DNA of 64,000 nucleotides. Source: Candidatus Woesearchaeota archaeon (GTDB lineage Archaea; Nanobdellota; Nanobdellia; SCGC-AAA011-G17; JACPIM01). This document shows, piece by piece, positions 18,962 through 28,094 of this stretch (its first letter is position 1; each line of letters starts with the position of its first letter). The stretch lies in assembly GCA_964513145.1 (NCBI GenBank), contig CAZELK010000002.1:32001-96000 (forward strand). Direction: 5' to 3'. Made by a program: the position numbers and the translations under genes. The notes below the pieces were generated by a model, which worked only from the letters and a program-made list of their open reading frames with translations, was not told where the DNA came from and ran no database searches.

Positions 18962-19999
18962 CTATTTCGTCAATACTCGTTTAGTTCTAAATTTACTTTT
19001 AGGTCTGGAATTCAGCATTTTATCTTGTTCTTTTATTTTAACAAAATTCCACTTCCAAACATCTTCGTCCCTTACAAAAATTATAACCCTGCTTATTTTA
19101 TCTTTTAATTTGGGAATATAACCTGTTTTATCCCCTATAACTTTTCCATACTCCTCTATATCTTTCATTGTAGGCATGTTACTTAGTTTGAGTCTTTTTT
19201 TACTTTCTCCTAGCCAGGAATACCCTTTTAATTGCACAAATTTTGGTTTGTAAATATTAATTAAATCAGAAAATTCAGAGGCATTATGATCATTCAAACC
19301 TTTTGTAATTGTAGTTCTCATTATAGTTCTTGAGTGTTTAAATTCTTTCATTAAACTTAAACTTTCTTTAACTTTTTCAAAAGCATTTGGAATCATGGAA
19401 TTTGTAATTTTTTTATAATCTTCTTCATTCGTAGCATAAACACTAATGCTTAAATTATTCGGTTCAGCATCTTTGTCCAACATTTCTTTAATTCTGTTTG
19501 GCATTGTTCCATTTGTAACAATAAAAACAGTCATCTTTCTATTTTTTATTTCTTTAATTAAATCTGCAATTTTTGGATAAAGTGTTGGTTCTCCGTCTAA
19601 TGAAATTGCAACATGATGTGGATCCATTGCCTGAGCAAAATTTTCTTTAGTAACTATTCCGCCAAAACCAGATAATAAATTTCTTTGTGCACCAATTATT
19701 CCATCAACAATTTCTTCAGGCTCATCCCATTTATTTTCTGACTTAAATCTGTCTTTGCCAAATTTACGCCAACAAAATGTGCAGGAAAAATCACAAAAAT
19801 CCATTGAGCTGGTCATTTGGACACAGCGGTGAGATTTAATACCGTAAATAGATTTGTAACAGTTATGGTCATTTTTAATTTTAGATTTAGTCCAGCGACA
19901 TAACTGAACAGCAGTATGTTTATTCTTGCCTACAAATCTATATCCTGCTTTCTCATACTTTTTCTGTTCGTCGTTCGATAATTTTACAAATTCTTGCAT
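18962..19999 (-). CDS. taw1: 4-demethylwyosine synthase TYW1 (radical SAM)
   Basis: HTAVQLCRWTK, YGIKSHRCVQMT, CDFSCTFCWR, HVAISLDGEPTLYP. Confidence 0.93.
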   Translation of the reverse strand: MQEFVKLSNDEQKKYEKAGYRFVGKNKHTAVQLCRWTKSKIKNDHNCYKSIYGIKSHRCVQMTSSMDFCDFSCTFCWRKFGKDRFKSENKWDEPEEIVDGIIGAQRNLLSGFGGIVTKENFAQAMDPHHVAISLDGEPTLYPKIADLIKEIKNRKMTVFIVTNGTMPNRIKEMLDKDAEPNNLSISVYATNEEDYKKITNSMIPNAFEKVKESLSLMKEFKHSRTIMRTTITKGLNDHNASEFSDLINIYKPKFVQLKGYSWLGESKKRLKLSNMPTMKDIEEYGKVIGDKTGYIPKLKDKISRVIIFVRDEDVWKWNFVKIKEQDKMLNSRPKSKFRTKRVLTK

Positions 20000-20041
20000 A
20001 ATAGATTTAAGAAAGAGACATTTATAAAGACAACTTACAAT

Positions 20042-20355
20042 TTATCTTGTTCTTCTTCTAAAAAAGAAATTTCTATATCCAGTAGAGAAATTTGTTATAG
20101 CTCTTTCATTAGTTATATCAACTTCTGGCAAACCATATTGTCTTAATATTGGGTTAACTTCATCAAATATAATTTTGGCCAAACCTTCTCTTCTTTTTTT
20201 ACTATTTCTGATAAGGTCTTTGCTCTTTCTATAGCTTGATTTCTATCAATTAATGAAGTAACATAGGCTTCTATAGATTCACTAGCTGTATCTGAAAATT
20301 CTAATGGTACCTTAGTATTTCTTCCAAAAATTTCTTCATAATTATGTATTAACAT
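20042..20355 (-). pseudogene. Hypothetical gene apparently split by a -1 frameshift at an A7 run (about 20194-20200)
   Basis: The track ORF ends at 20143, but the -1 frame continues REGLAKIIFDEVNPILRQYGLPEVDITNERAITNFSTGYRNFFFRRRTR to a stop at 20042. Confidence 0.45.
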
Positions 20356-20392
20356 AAACTTTCTAAAAATTTTTATTTTATAAATGTTACTA

Positions 20393-20817
20393 TTATTTTG
20401 TAGCTAAATAATGAGTTAGATACCCTACCCAATCACCTATTACAGATCTATCCCTTATAGTTTCAGGATCTAAACTGTAAATTCCACCAACAGGTATTTC
20501 TTTATATAATTTAAACAAATATCTATTGAAAGCATATAATTTACTTATTAGAGCCTCATGAATTATTTTTCTATTTTGTCTAACTCTTCTATTCTATTAA
20601 CTACATCCCATTCTTCTCTATATTTTATTAATTGAATTCTTCTTTCCATACTTGAAACAAATTCCACGTATCTTTTACAACTGTCTACAAGATCATCTAA
20701 AAGTTCTAATCCTAATTTATCATTATGATCAATAAGAAATTTATGAATTAATTCATATCTCCAGCCAGCTTTTTCAACCTCTTCTTCTGACATTAATTTA
20801 TTAAACATAGAAAACAT
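20393..20817 (-). pseudogene. DUF3232-like gene with a single-base frameshift near 20570
   Basis: The ORF stops at ELDKIEK, but the -1 frame continues RKIIHEALISKLYAFNRYLFKLYKEIPVGGIYSLDPETIRDRSVIGDW, completing the D..R..IHxAL..L...NR pattern. Confidence 0.7.
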
Positions 20818-20835
20818 TATAAATATTTTTAACTA

Positions 20836-22359
20836 ATGTCATTTATAATGGAAAATTATGATGCTATATTTGTATTCCCTAAGTTATGGGAAAAAGAATT
20901 TAATCCACCTAATCAGCCGCCTTATGGTTTGTTAATGTGCTCTGACTTATTATTAAAAAAAGGATACAATGTTTTAGTTTATGATGAAAGATTGGAAAGC
21001 CTGGGTGTAAAAAGCAGGTCAGAATTAGTTCAGGCTGTAAAGCACAGCAAGCCTTTATTTTTTGGAATATCTTCGCAATCAGGTCCAATGATTGAAAATG
21101 GTCTGTTAAATTCAAAATTCTTTAAACATGAATGTCCAGATACTCCTGTAGTCTGGGGTGGTGTTCATCCAACATTATTGCCAGACCAGACAATCAAACA
21201 TCCATTAATTGATGCTGTAATAAAAGGAGAAGGAGAACTGCCTTGTTTGGGATTGGCTGAAAATTTAAAAAAAGGAAATAAAGATTTTTCAAAAATTGAT
21301 GGTTTATATTGGAAAGACAAAAATAAAAATATTAAAATAAATAAGCCTTGCCCAGGTGTTCCAGATTTAGATGAAATTAACATGAGGTGGGATTTAGTAA
21401 ATCCGCAGCATTATATAAGAGACATTGATGGAAAGAAATGGTTAGGGGTTATCACAAGCAGAGGATGTCCTTTTAGATGTGGTTTTTGTTATAACATATC
21501 TTTCTTTGGAATGAGAAAATTCCGTGGATGGAGTCCTAAAAAATCCATAGAAGAAATAAAAAAAGTTTTGGAATGGGGTGTTGATTTTATTAATTTTGAT
21601 GATGATTATATTTTCGGCGACCCACTAAGAATGTGGGGTATTTTAGATTTAAAAAAACAAGAAAATTTAAACTTCGAATGGAAAGCCCCGATAAGAGGCC
21701 ATCTATTAAGAGATGCATTAACAAAAAGACTCAAAGATGGTGGCTGTGCAAGTGTAACAATTGGTGCAGAAAGTGGAAGTGAAAAAGTTTTAGATTATAT
21801 GACAAAAGATTCTGGTCCAGACGCTTATTATATGGCTGCCAAGAATTTAAAAAGATACGATATTCAGGGGAATTTCAGTTGGATTTTAGGTTATCCCGGT
21901 GAAACACTAAAAGATGTTTACATAACTCTAAATGTAATTAAAGACTTGGAAGAAATAAATCCAGACACAGAGCATGTTATTAACATTTATGCACCTTATC
22001 CAGGCACGCCTAGTTTTGATCAGGCTATAGAACGTGGATTCGTGCCTCCACCATCATTAGAAGGATGGACTGATAATTTCCGTGAAGCTTGCAAAGAATT
22101 GTCATACATTGATGAAAAAAATAAAAAAATAATGGAAGCAATACGATGGGCTGGTATTTTCAGGACAATGTACAAAAGAAAGAGATTATATGCAAGCTGG
22201 ATTAGACCTATTGTAAATGTTTTGGGGACTATTTCTAATGTAAGATGGAACCATAATCTATATAGCCTGCCAATAGAGCAAAAATCAGTAATTCTGGGAA
22301 GAGAAGTTTTAAAAAGAATGACAAGAAAGAAAAACGAAGAAATTGAAAACTTCTGTTAG
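20836..22359 (+). CDS. B12-binding-domain radical SAM protein
   Basis: PPYGLL, VVWGGVHPT, GEGE, TSRGCPFRCGFC, GAESGSEK and PYPGTP. Confidence 0.93.
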   Translation: MSFIMENYDAIFVFPKLWEKEFNPPNQPPYGLLMCSDLLLKKGYNVLVYDERLESLGVKSRSELVQAVKHSKPLFFGISSQSGPMIENGLLNSKFFKHECPDTPVVWGGVHPTLLPDQTIKHPLIDAVIKGEGELPCLGLAENLKKGNKDFSKIDGLYWKDKNKNIKINKPCPGVPDLDEINMRWDLVNPQHYIRDIDGKKWLGVITSRGCPFRCGFCYNISFFGMRKFRGWSPKKSIEEIKKVLEWGVDFINFDDDYIFGDPLRMWGILDLKKQENLNFEWKAPIRGHLLRDALTKRLKDGGCASVTIGAESGSEKVLDYMTKDSGPDAYYMAAKNLKRYDIQGNFSWILGYPGETLKDVYITLNVIKDLEEINPDTEHVINIYAPYPGTPSFDQAIERGFVPPPSLEGWTDNFREACKELSYIDEKNKKIMEAIRWAGIFRTMYKRKRLYASWIRPIVNVLGTISNVRWNHNLYSLPIEQKSVILGREVLKRMTRKKNEEIENFC

Positions 22360-22398
22360 AAACTTTTTTTAAAAGTTTCATCAAAAGCGAGATGTAGA
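22357..22398 (+). repeat. Hairpin micro-element copy flanked by TAGA direct repeats
   Basis: TAGA-aactttttttaaaagtttcatcaaaagcgagatg-TAGA; 20/21 match to the 3' part of tRNA-Gly intron 1. Confidence 0.85.
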
Positions 22399-22400
22399 TT

Positions 22401-22556
22401 ATGGGGAACATCACTGTTAAAGCGAGTAATGGAAAAGTAGGACATAAATTGAAAAAGTTAAAAGAACACGGGCTTTATTTATGTTTAACTTGTGGTGAAA
22501 TAGTTAAATCTGACGGAAATTTATTAGAAGGAAATGAATTTCATGGCGTGAATTAA
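22401..22556 (+). CDS. Small hypothetical protein with CxxC (51 aa)
   Basis: MGNITVKASNGKVGHKLKKLKEHGLYLCLTCGEIVKSDGNLLEGNEFHGVN; its stop overlaps the next ATG. Confidence 0.55.
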   Translation: MGNITVKASNGKVGHKLKKLKEHGLYLCLTCGEIVKSDGNLLEGNEFHGVN

Positions 22557-22851
22557 TGACAGAATCCTATAAAAATATATTATTAGATATAGCTGGCTTT
22601 ACTATTGTTTCATTTGGTATAAAAACAGAAGATGTTTTTACAACTATTTTTGGTTTATTAATTATTTTTTAGATATTAAATTCAAATTAAATGAGGTTGA
22701 AAATAAAATAGAAGATTTAAATATTAGAATAGAAGATTTAAATATTAGAATAGAAGATTTAAATATTAGAATAGATAACTATAAAGATATTGTAGAATTA
22801 AATCAAGAAATTAATCAAATAAAAAAAGGATTAGGTAAAAATAAAAAATGA
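22556..22851 (+). pseudogene. Membrane-anchored coiled-coil protein with an apparent single-base frameshift near 22609
   Basis: MTESYKNILLDIAGFTIV, then in the -1 frame SFGIKTEDVFTTIFGLLIIFLDIKFKLNEVENK(IEDLNIR)x3...KNKK. Confidence 0.5.
22708..22770 (+). repeat. Perfect 21-bp tandem repeat x3 (ATAGAAGATTTAAATATTAGA)
   Basis: Read directly; encodes the heptad IEDLNIR three times. Confidence 0.95.
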
Positions 22852-22955
22852 TAAATAAATATGGAAAAAATAAATTAGATGCATCAACAATTCTAATAAT
22901 AATATTAATTATTGTTTTTTTATATTTCCTATTACACAATAAAGGATTTATCTAA
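22848..22955 (+). CDS. Small single-TM peptide (35 aa)
   Basis: MINKYGKNKLDASTILIIILIIVFLYFLLHNKGFI; ATGA overlap with the upstream stop. Confidence 0.5.
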   Translation: MINKYGKNKLDASTILIIILIIVFLYFLLHNKGFI

Positions 22956-23351
22956 AAAGTATTTTTCAAAATTCTCACAAGGTTCATTTAACCAGGAAGG
23001 TATTTTTTCTTTTTGATTTAAGTTAGTCCATATAAACTCAGTGTGTTCTTCACTTAATTTTATAGTATTTGTAATTGGCTTGCAAAAAAATATCAGCATA
23101 ATTATTTTTTGACCATCATCTCTTATAAAATGCTGAACTTGTGAGGGAGAAATAATATTAATATCCAACCCAGTTTCTTCTTTAGTTTCTCTTTTTAATC
23201 CAATAAAAGGGTCTTCACCTAGTTCTAATCTTCCACCAGGAATATCCCAAGCTCCAGGTTTGTGAACATCATTGGTTCTTCTCCTAATTAAAAGAACATT
23301 TCCTTTATTATCAACAATAAATGATTTTACAGCTATTCTAAAATTCTCCAT
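22932..23351 (-). CDS. NUDIX hydrolase
   Basis: Nudix box PGGRLELGEDPFIGLKRETKEETGL. Confidence 0.93.
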   Translation of the reverse strand: MENFRIAVKSFIVDNKGNVLLIRRRTNDVHKPGAWDIPGGRLELGEDPFIGLKRETKEETGLDINIISPSQVQHFIRDDGQKIIMLIFFCKPITNTIKLSEEHTEFIWTNLNQKEKIPSWLNEPCENFEKYFLDKSFIV

Positions 23352-23358
23352 TTTCCAG

Positions 23359-23880
23359 TCATTTTTCTTTTTTTAATTTATCAAATAAAATCCAAAATTG
23401 ATTTATAATTTCACCACTTAATCTAAAATTATGTGAAGTCATCTCTGTAATCAAAAACTGAACTTCTTTTTCTGTAATAAACTTTTTCTTAAAAGCGAGT
23501 AATAAAACCCTTAAAGACCCACCTGAATTTAACCCATATAATTTAGCTACCTTTCGTGCGGTTTTATCGTCAGTTAACAATTCATCATGTTCCTGTAAAG
23601 CTAAAGCAATAGATTGCGCTTCACCTTTGCCTAATTGATACGTTTTTCTTAAAGATTCAGATTTATCATTCCATTTATCTTCAAGTTTCTTAACAGTAAT
23701 AAATTTATTTTCAAGAAAATCCTTTACTAGAAAAGAATCCGGAGTATTATTTATAATTCCGTTCCGAACTACTTCTTTGTATACTGCTTCAGAAATAAGT
23801 AAGTTCGAGAAAACTCTTTTTAGTAAACCTAATTTATTCAATTTACCAAAGATAATTAATGAAGTAGAATCACAGATCAT
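23359..23880 (-). CDS. PIN-domain protein (DUF3368-like toxin)
   Basis: ICDSTSLI...LGKGEAQSIALA...LLTDDKTARKVA. Confidence 0.88.
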   Translation of the reverse strand: MICDSTSLIIFGKLNKLGLLKRVFSNLLISEAVYKEVVRNGIINNTPDSFLVKDFLENKFITVKKLEDKWNDKSESLRKTYQLGKGEAQSIALALQEHDELLTDDKTARKVAKLYGLNSGGSLRVLLLAFKKKFITEKEVQFLITEMTSHNFRLSGEIINQFWILFDKLKKEK

Positions 23881-24173
23881 AAGCCTTCAAAATCTTCGAT
23901 CAATTCTTCCTTTGAGTAATGAAATAACAATCCTTTTTCTTTTAGGATATCCATAAATCTTGTTAAAGGTATTTCAGCTAATTCCGCAGCTTTCCCAATG
24001 CTTATTTCTTCTTTTTGGTATTTCTCTAAGGCAATTTCTAATTTTTTATTTTTAATGCCTATTTCTAATACATCCCTAAGTACATCTGATTTGGAGATTT
24101 TTTCTTGTTTGGATATCTGGTCTATTTCTTTAAGATTTTTTTCAGGTATTCTTACTGATATTGTTTCTGCCAT
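23877..24173 (-). CDS. UPF0175-family antitoxin (RHH plus HTH)
   Basis: ISVRIPE...SKSDVLRDVL...ISIGKAAELAEI; start taken at ATG 24173. Confidence 0.85.
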   Translation of the reverse strand: MAETISVRIPEKNLKEIDQISKQEKISKSDVLRDVLEIGIKNKKLEIALEKYQKEEISIGKAAELAEIPLTRFMDILKEKGLLFHYSKEELIEDFEGL

Positions 24174-24269
24174 AATGTATACATATGTAGCAAGATGTAT
24201 ATAAATATTTTGTTTCACAAAAAATTTGTAAATAATTAACAATATTTGCAGATTTGCGGTTCTTTTTTC

Positions 24270-24692
24270 TTAACAATTCTTTTTTTGGATTTCACAACTT
24301 TTTTTGGTTTTGCCATTTTCATTCCTACTTTGATAAACTGACCAGACAATATCAGATACAGGCTTTAAAGATTCAAATACATTTTCTCCATAAAAATAAC
24401 AAAGTGCTTCTTCTATTAATTCCCTGCCTTCTTCATTTAAATAAAAATATCTTCCTATCGGTGCAAATTTCAATAACCCGGAATTCAATATATCTCTTTC
24501 AAAATTAGTATCGCTATTTATATTAAAAAGATTAAGAAAATCGCTGAGATCAGGATAATTAGTTCCTACATTTTTTAAAGTATTAATTAGATCGTCCTCT
24601 GTAAATATTTTACTGTCTCCTTCTCTTAAAAGAATTGCGCCCAATACCTTGTCAACTGGATTAATTCTTCCAACTTCTTCTGGAATTTTCAT
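24270..24692 (-). CDS. Hypothetical protein (possible winged-helix)
   Basis: Clean ORF; the YFYLNEEGRELIEE ending resembles a wing motif. Confidence 0.55.
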   Translation of the reverse strand: MKIPEEVGRINPVDKVLGAILLREGDSKIFTEDDLINTLKNVGTNYPDLSDFLNLFNINSDTNFERDILNSGLLKFAPIGRYFYLNEEGRELIEEALCYFYGENVFESLKPVSDIVWSVYQSRNENGKTKKSCEIQKKNC

Positions 24693-24759
24693 GATAAATA
24701 CTTAATAACTACAATTTATATCTTTTTTGATTAAATAAATTTAGTAAATAGAATATATA

Positions 24760-24960
24760 TTATAAATAATCTAAAGCTTCATCTATAGATTCAAAATCAT
24801 CATCACTATTTTGTATATCTTTATTCTCTTCTGTTGATTTTTGTTCAGATGGACTTTCAGTAAGCGTTTCAGTTGTTTTTTCTTTGGTGGCAAAATAATA
24901 AACCAGTCCAATAATTAAAATCACTGCAACAATTAAAGAAATAATTTTTGAAGTTTTCAT
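24760..24960 (-). CDS. Small membrane-anchored protein with acidic tail
   Basis: N-terminal TM helix; ATGA overlap with the upstream gene. Confidence 0.65.
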   Translation of the reverse strand: MKTSKIISLIVAVILIIGLVYYFATKEKTTETLTESPSEQKSTEENKDIQNSDDDFESIDEALDYL

Positions 24961-25586
24961 TTTAAGCCAGCATCCTTCCATATATTCTTAAGCTGTTCTA
25001 ATAAGGGTTTTATTTCATTTTTCGACTTATCTAAAAATAATTTCTCTTTAATTTGTATTATAATGTCAATTATTTGTGCAGATTTTTGAGTATCTAATTT
25101 TCCTTGTTCATTTGCTTCTTCAACTCTTTCTTGTAAATCATATAGTAAAAATACAACATAATTTCTCAATGCTCCTTTGTTGTTTGCTTTCGCTTCATTT
25201 TCTAAATTTCCTTTTCCAATAAATCCAGCTATTCTTTTGAAACACTGGTCTTTTTGAACGCCATTTAAATCATAACAAGAATTAACTTTGTTGTACAAAG
25301 CCTGGCAATTGGAAGGATTAGGCAAAACTCTGCAAGATTCTTCAACACTTGATGTATCCAAACCTTTCTTTTCTAATCTGCATTTAACTCTTTCAAGACG
25401 AATATTAAAATTTTCACAAGTTTCTTTATCTGCTTCTTTTGCTGATCTTGAGTTAAATTCATCGGGGTCATCAGTAAAGCCGCTAGGAACATCATCATTA
25501 GAACCTCCGCCACCCCCGCCGCCAGCTCCATTAACTAAGGAAATCATCAATATACATATAAAAAATAAAACAAACAATTTTTTCAT
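24957..25586 (-). CDS. Secreted hypothetical protein with Gly linker and Cys pairs
   Basis: Signal peptide, GAGGGGGGS and six Cys in the mature N-terminal half. Confidence 0.75.
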   Translation of the reverse strand: MKKLFVLFFICILMISLVNGAGGGGGGGSNDDVPSGFTDDPDEFNSRSAKEADKETCENFNIRLERVKCRLEKKGLDTSSVEESCRVLPNPSNCQALYNKVNSCYDLNGVQKDQCFKRIAGFIGKGNLENEAKANNKGALRNYVVFLLYDLQERVEEANEQGKLDTQKSAQIIDIIIQIKEKLFLDKSKNEIKPLLEQLKNIWKDAGLK

Positions 25587-25704
25587 GTAGTTATTGTAAT
25601 TTAAAAGTTTATAAATTTTAGGAAGAAAGTTATTTAAATATTGATTAAAACTGTTAAAATATGAATTTGGAAGGAAACTATAATTTTAAAGAAGCTGAAA
25701 AAAA

Positions 25705-28089
25705 ATGACAAAACTAGAAATAAAGCAATGGACAAAAGAATTAGAGAAACCAATATATGAATTATGGAAAAAAGAAAATGTGTATAAGTTTAATAAAAAT
25801 TCTAATAAAAAAATTTATTCAATAGATACTCCTCCTCCTTATATTAATACTCCAATTCACATAGGGCAAGCCACAACTTATGTTCTTATGGATATGTTTG
25901 CTCGTTTTAGAAGAATGACTGGGCAAGAAGTTCTATTTCCCCTGGGATTAGATAAAAATGGACTACCAATAGAAATAGCAACTGAAAAAAAATTTAATAT
26001 AAAATTAACAGAAACCTCCAGAGAAAAGTTTCTAGAATTATGCAAGAAATTGCTAGATGAAGCTGGAACAGCAACTATAGATTCTTTTTTAAAACTTGGA
26101 ATTAGTTTTAATTCTTTTGAAAAAGGGGAAAAAGTTGGAGAAATATATGAAACAGATTCAGAAAATTATAGGGCTTTAACTCAAAATACATTTATTGATT
26201 TATGGAATAAAGGTTTAATTTATGAAGATGAAAGAATAAATAATTGGGATCCAAAATTACAAACAACATTGGCAGATTCAGAAATAAATTATGAAGATAT
26301 TCCAACTTTATTTAACGAAATAAAATTTAAAGTTAAAGAAATAAATGAAGAAATAATAATCGGCACTACAAGACCAGAGCTTATTTGCACTTGTGCAACA
26401 ATAATTTATAATCCCGAAGACAAAAGATATAAACATCTAAAAAATAAAACTGCAATTACACCAATTTATAATAAAGAAATAAAAATAATTCCCCATCCTT
26501 TAGCACAAATAGACAAAGGAACTGGCTTAGTTATGATGTGTTCTGCTGGAGATTTATCTGATATTAGATTCTTCAGAGAAATGAATTTAGATCCAGTTAT
26601 AGCAATTGAAAAAGATGGAAAAATGAATCATCATTCTGGTTTTTTAAAAGGTCTAAAAGTAAAAGAAGCAAGAGAAAAAATAATTGAAGAATTAAATAAT
26701 AAAAACTTATTAATAAAACAAACTAATATTTCTCACAGAACTCCAATTTCAGAACGTAGTGGAGCAGAAATTGAATTCATTTCTATGAAAGAGTTTTATT
26801 TAAAACAAATAGATTTTAAGGGTAAGATGAAAGAAATTGCTAATAAAATTAATTTTTTTTCTGATGAATCTAAAAATATTTTATTAAATTGGATAGAAGC
26901 CATATCTATAGATTGGCCTATTTCAAGAAGAAGATATTATGCTACAGAAATTCCGTTATGGTACTGTCAAAATTGTTCTGAAGTCATTATACCTCCAAAA
27001 GGAAAATACTATCAACCATGGAAATCAGACCCACCAATAAAAGAATGTCCTAAATGTAAATCGAAAAAATTCAGTGGCGAAACTAGGGTTTTTGACACTT
27101 GGTTTGATTCGTCAATATCACCACTATATATTTTAATGTATGAAAGAGACAATGAGTTTTTTAAAAAAGCATTTCCTTGTACACTAAGACCATCAGGAAA
27201 AGAAATAGTGAGAACTTGGGGATATTACACTCTTTTACGTTGTTATCAATTAACTAATAAAGTAATTTTCAAAGACCATTGGGTTAATTATCATATAGTA
27301 GATGAAAGTGGGCGTAAAATGTCAAAATCTTTAGGCAATGTAATTGATCCAAAAATAATTCTTGATAAATTTGGAGCAGAACCATTTAGATTATGGGCAG
27401 CAATAGAAGGGAATTTAGAAAAAATTGATTTTAAATGTTCATTAGAAAGAATAGAAGGAGCAGGTAAAACAATTACAAAATTATTAAATGCATCAAAGTT
27501 TATTTTTTTATTTAATGAAGTTAAAAAACCAAAAAAATTAGAAACTTTAGATAGTTTAATAATAAATGAAATAAATAAAATAATTAAATTTGCTAGAGAA
27601 AATTATGAAATATATGATTTTCATAATCCGGCAATAAAATTAAAAAATTTCTTATGGGAATTATTTGCATCTCATTATATTGAATTAGTAAAGGCACGAG
27701 CCTATAATCAAGATAAAAAATTCACTAGAGAACAGCAAGATTCAGCTATTTTCACTTTATACCTTTGTTTGGATAAAATATTAAAGGTTTTAGCACCCAT
27801 AAATCCACTTATAACTTATAGAATATATAAAGATTGGAAAAACAAAGATATACATTTAGAAGAATTTCCAGATATTGAAAAAGTAGAAAAAATTGATTTC
27901 AATATTGAAGAAATGATGGAATTAAATAGGCAAATTTGGAATTTTAAAAAATCAAATAATAAATCATTAAATACTGAACTATCAAAGGCTATAATTCCAA
28001 AAAAATTCAAAATAATAGAAAATGATTTAGTAAATACTCATAAAATAAAAATATTCGAATTTGGTAAGGAATTAAAAATAGAGCTATAA
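25705..28089 (+). CDS. valS: Valine--tRNA ligase
   Basis: DTPPPY, HIGQ, GTGLVMMCS, DWPISRRRYYAT and KMSKS. Confidence 0.95.
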   Translation: MTKLEIKQWTKELEKPIYELWKKENVYKFNKNSNKKIYSIDTPPPYINTPIHIGQATTYVLMDMFARFRRMTGQEVLFPLGLDKNGLPIEIATEKKFNIKLTETSREKFLELCKKLLDEAGTATIDSFLKLGISFNSFEKGEKVGEIYETDSENYRALTQNTFIDLWNKGLIYEDERINNWDPKLQTTLADSEINYEDIPTLFNEIKFKVKEINEEIIIGTTRPELICTCATIIYNPEDKRYKHLKNKTAITPIYNKEIKIIPHPLAQIDKGTGLVMMCSAGDLSDIRFFREMNLDPVIAIEKDGKMNHHSGFLKGLKVKEAREKIIEELNNKNLLIKQTNISHRTPISERSGAEIEFISMKEFYLKQIDFKGKMKEIANKINFFSDESKNILLNWIEAISIDWPISRRRYYATEIPLWYCQNCSEVIIPPKGKYYQPWKSDPPIKECPKCKSKKFSGETRVFDTWFDSSISPLYILMYERDNEFFKKAFPCTLRPSGKEIVRTWGYYTLLRCYQLTNKVIFKDHWVNYHIVDESGRKMSKSLGNVIDPKIILDKFGAEPFRLWAAIEGNLEKIDFKCSLERIEGAGKTITKLLNASKFIFLFNEVKKPKKLETLDSLIINEINKIIKFARENYEIYDFHNPAIKLKNFLWELFASHYIELVKARAYNQDKKFTREQQDSAIFTLYLCLDKILKVLAPINPLITYRIYKDWKNKDIHLEEFPDIEKVEKIDFNIEEMMELNRQIWNFKKSNNKSLNTELSKAIIPKKFKIIENDLVNTHKIKIFEFGKELKIEL

Positions 28090-28094
28090 AGAAG

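Noticed and set aside
20042-22851. Alternative genetic code to explain the broken ORFs
   Set aside because: The breaks are frame changes, not in-frame stops, and all core genes read through with the standard code.
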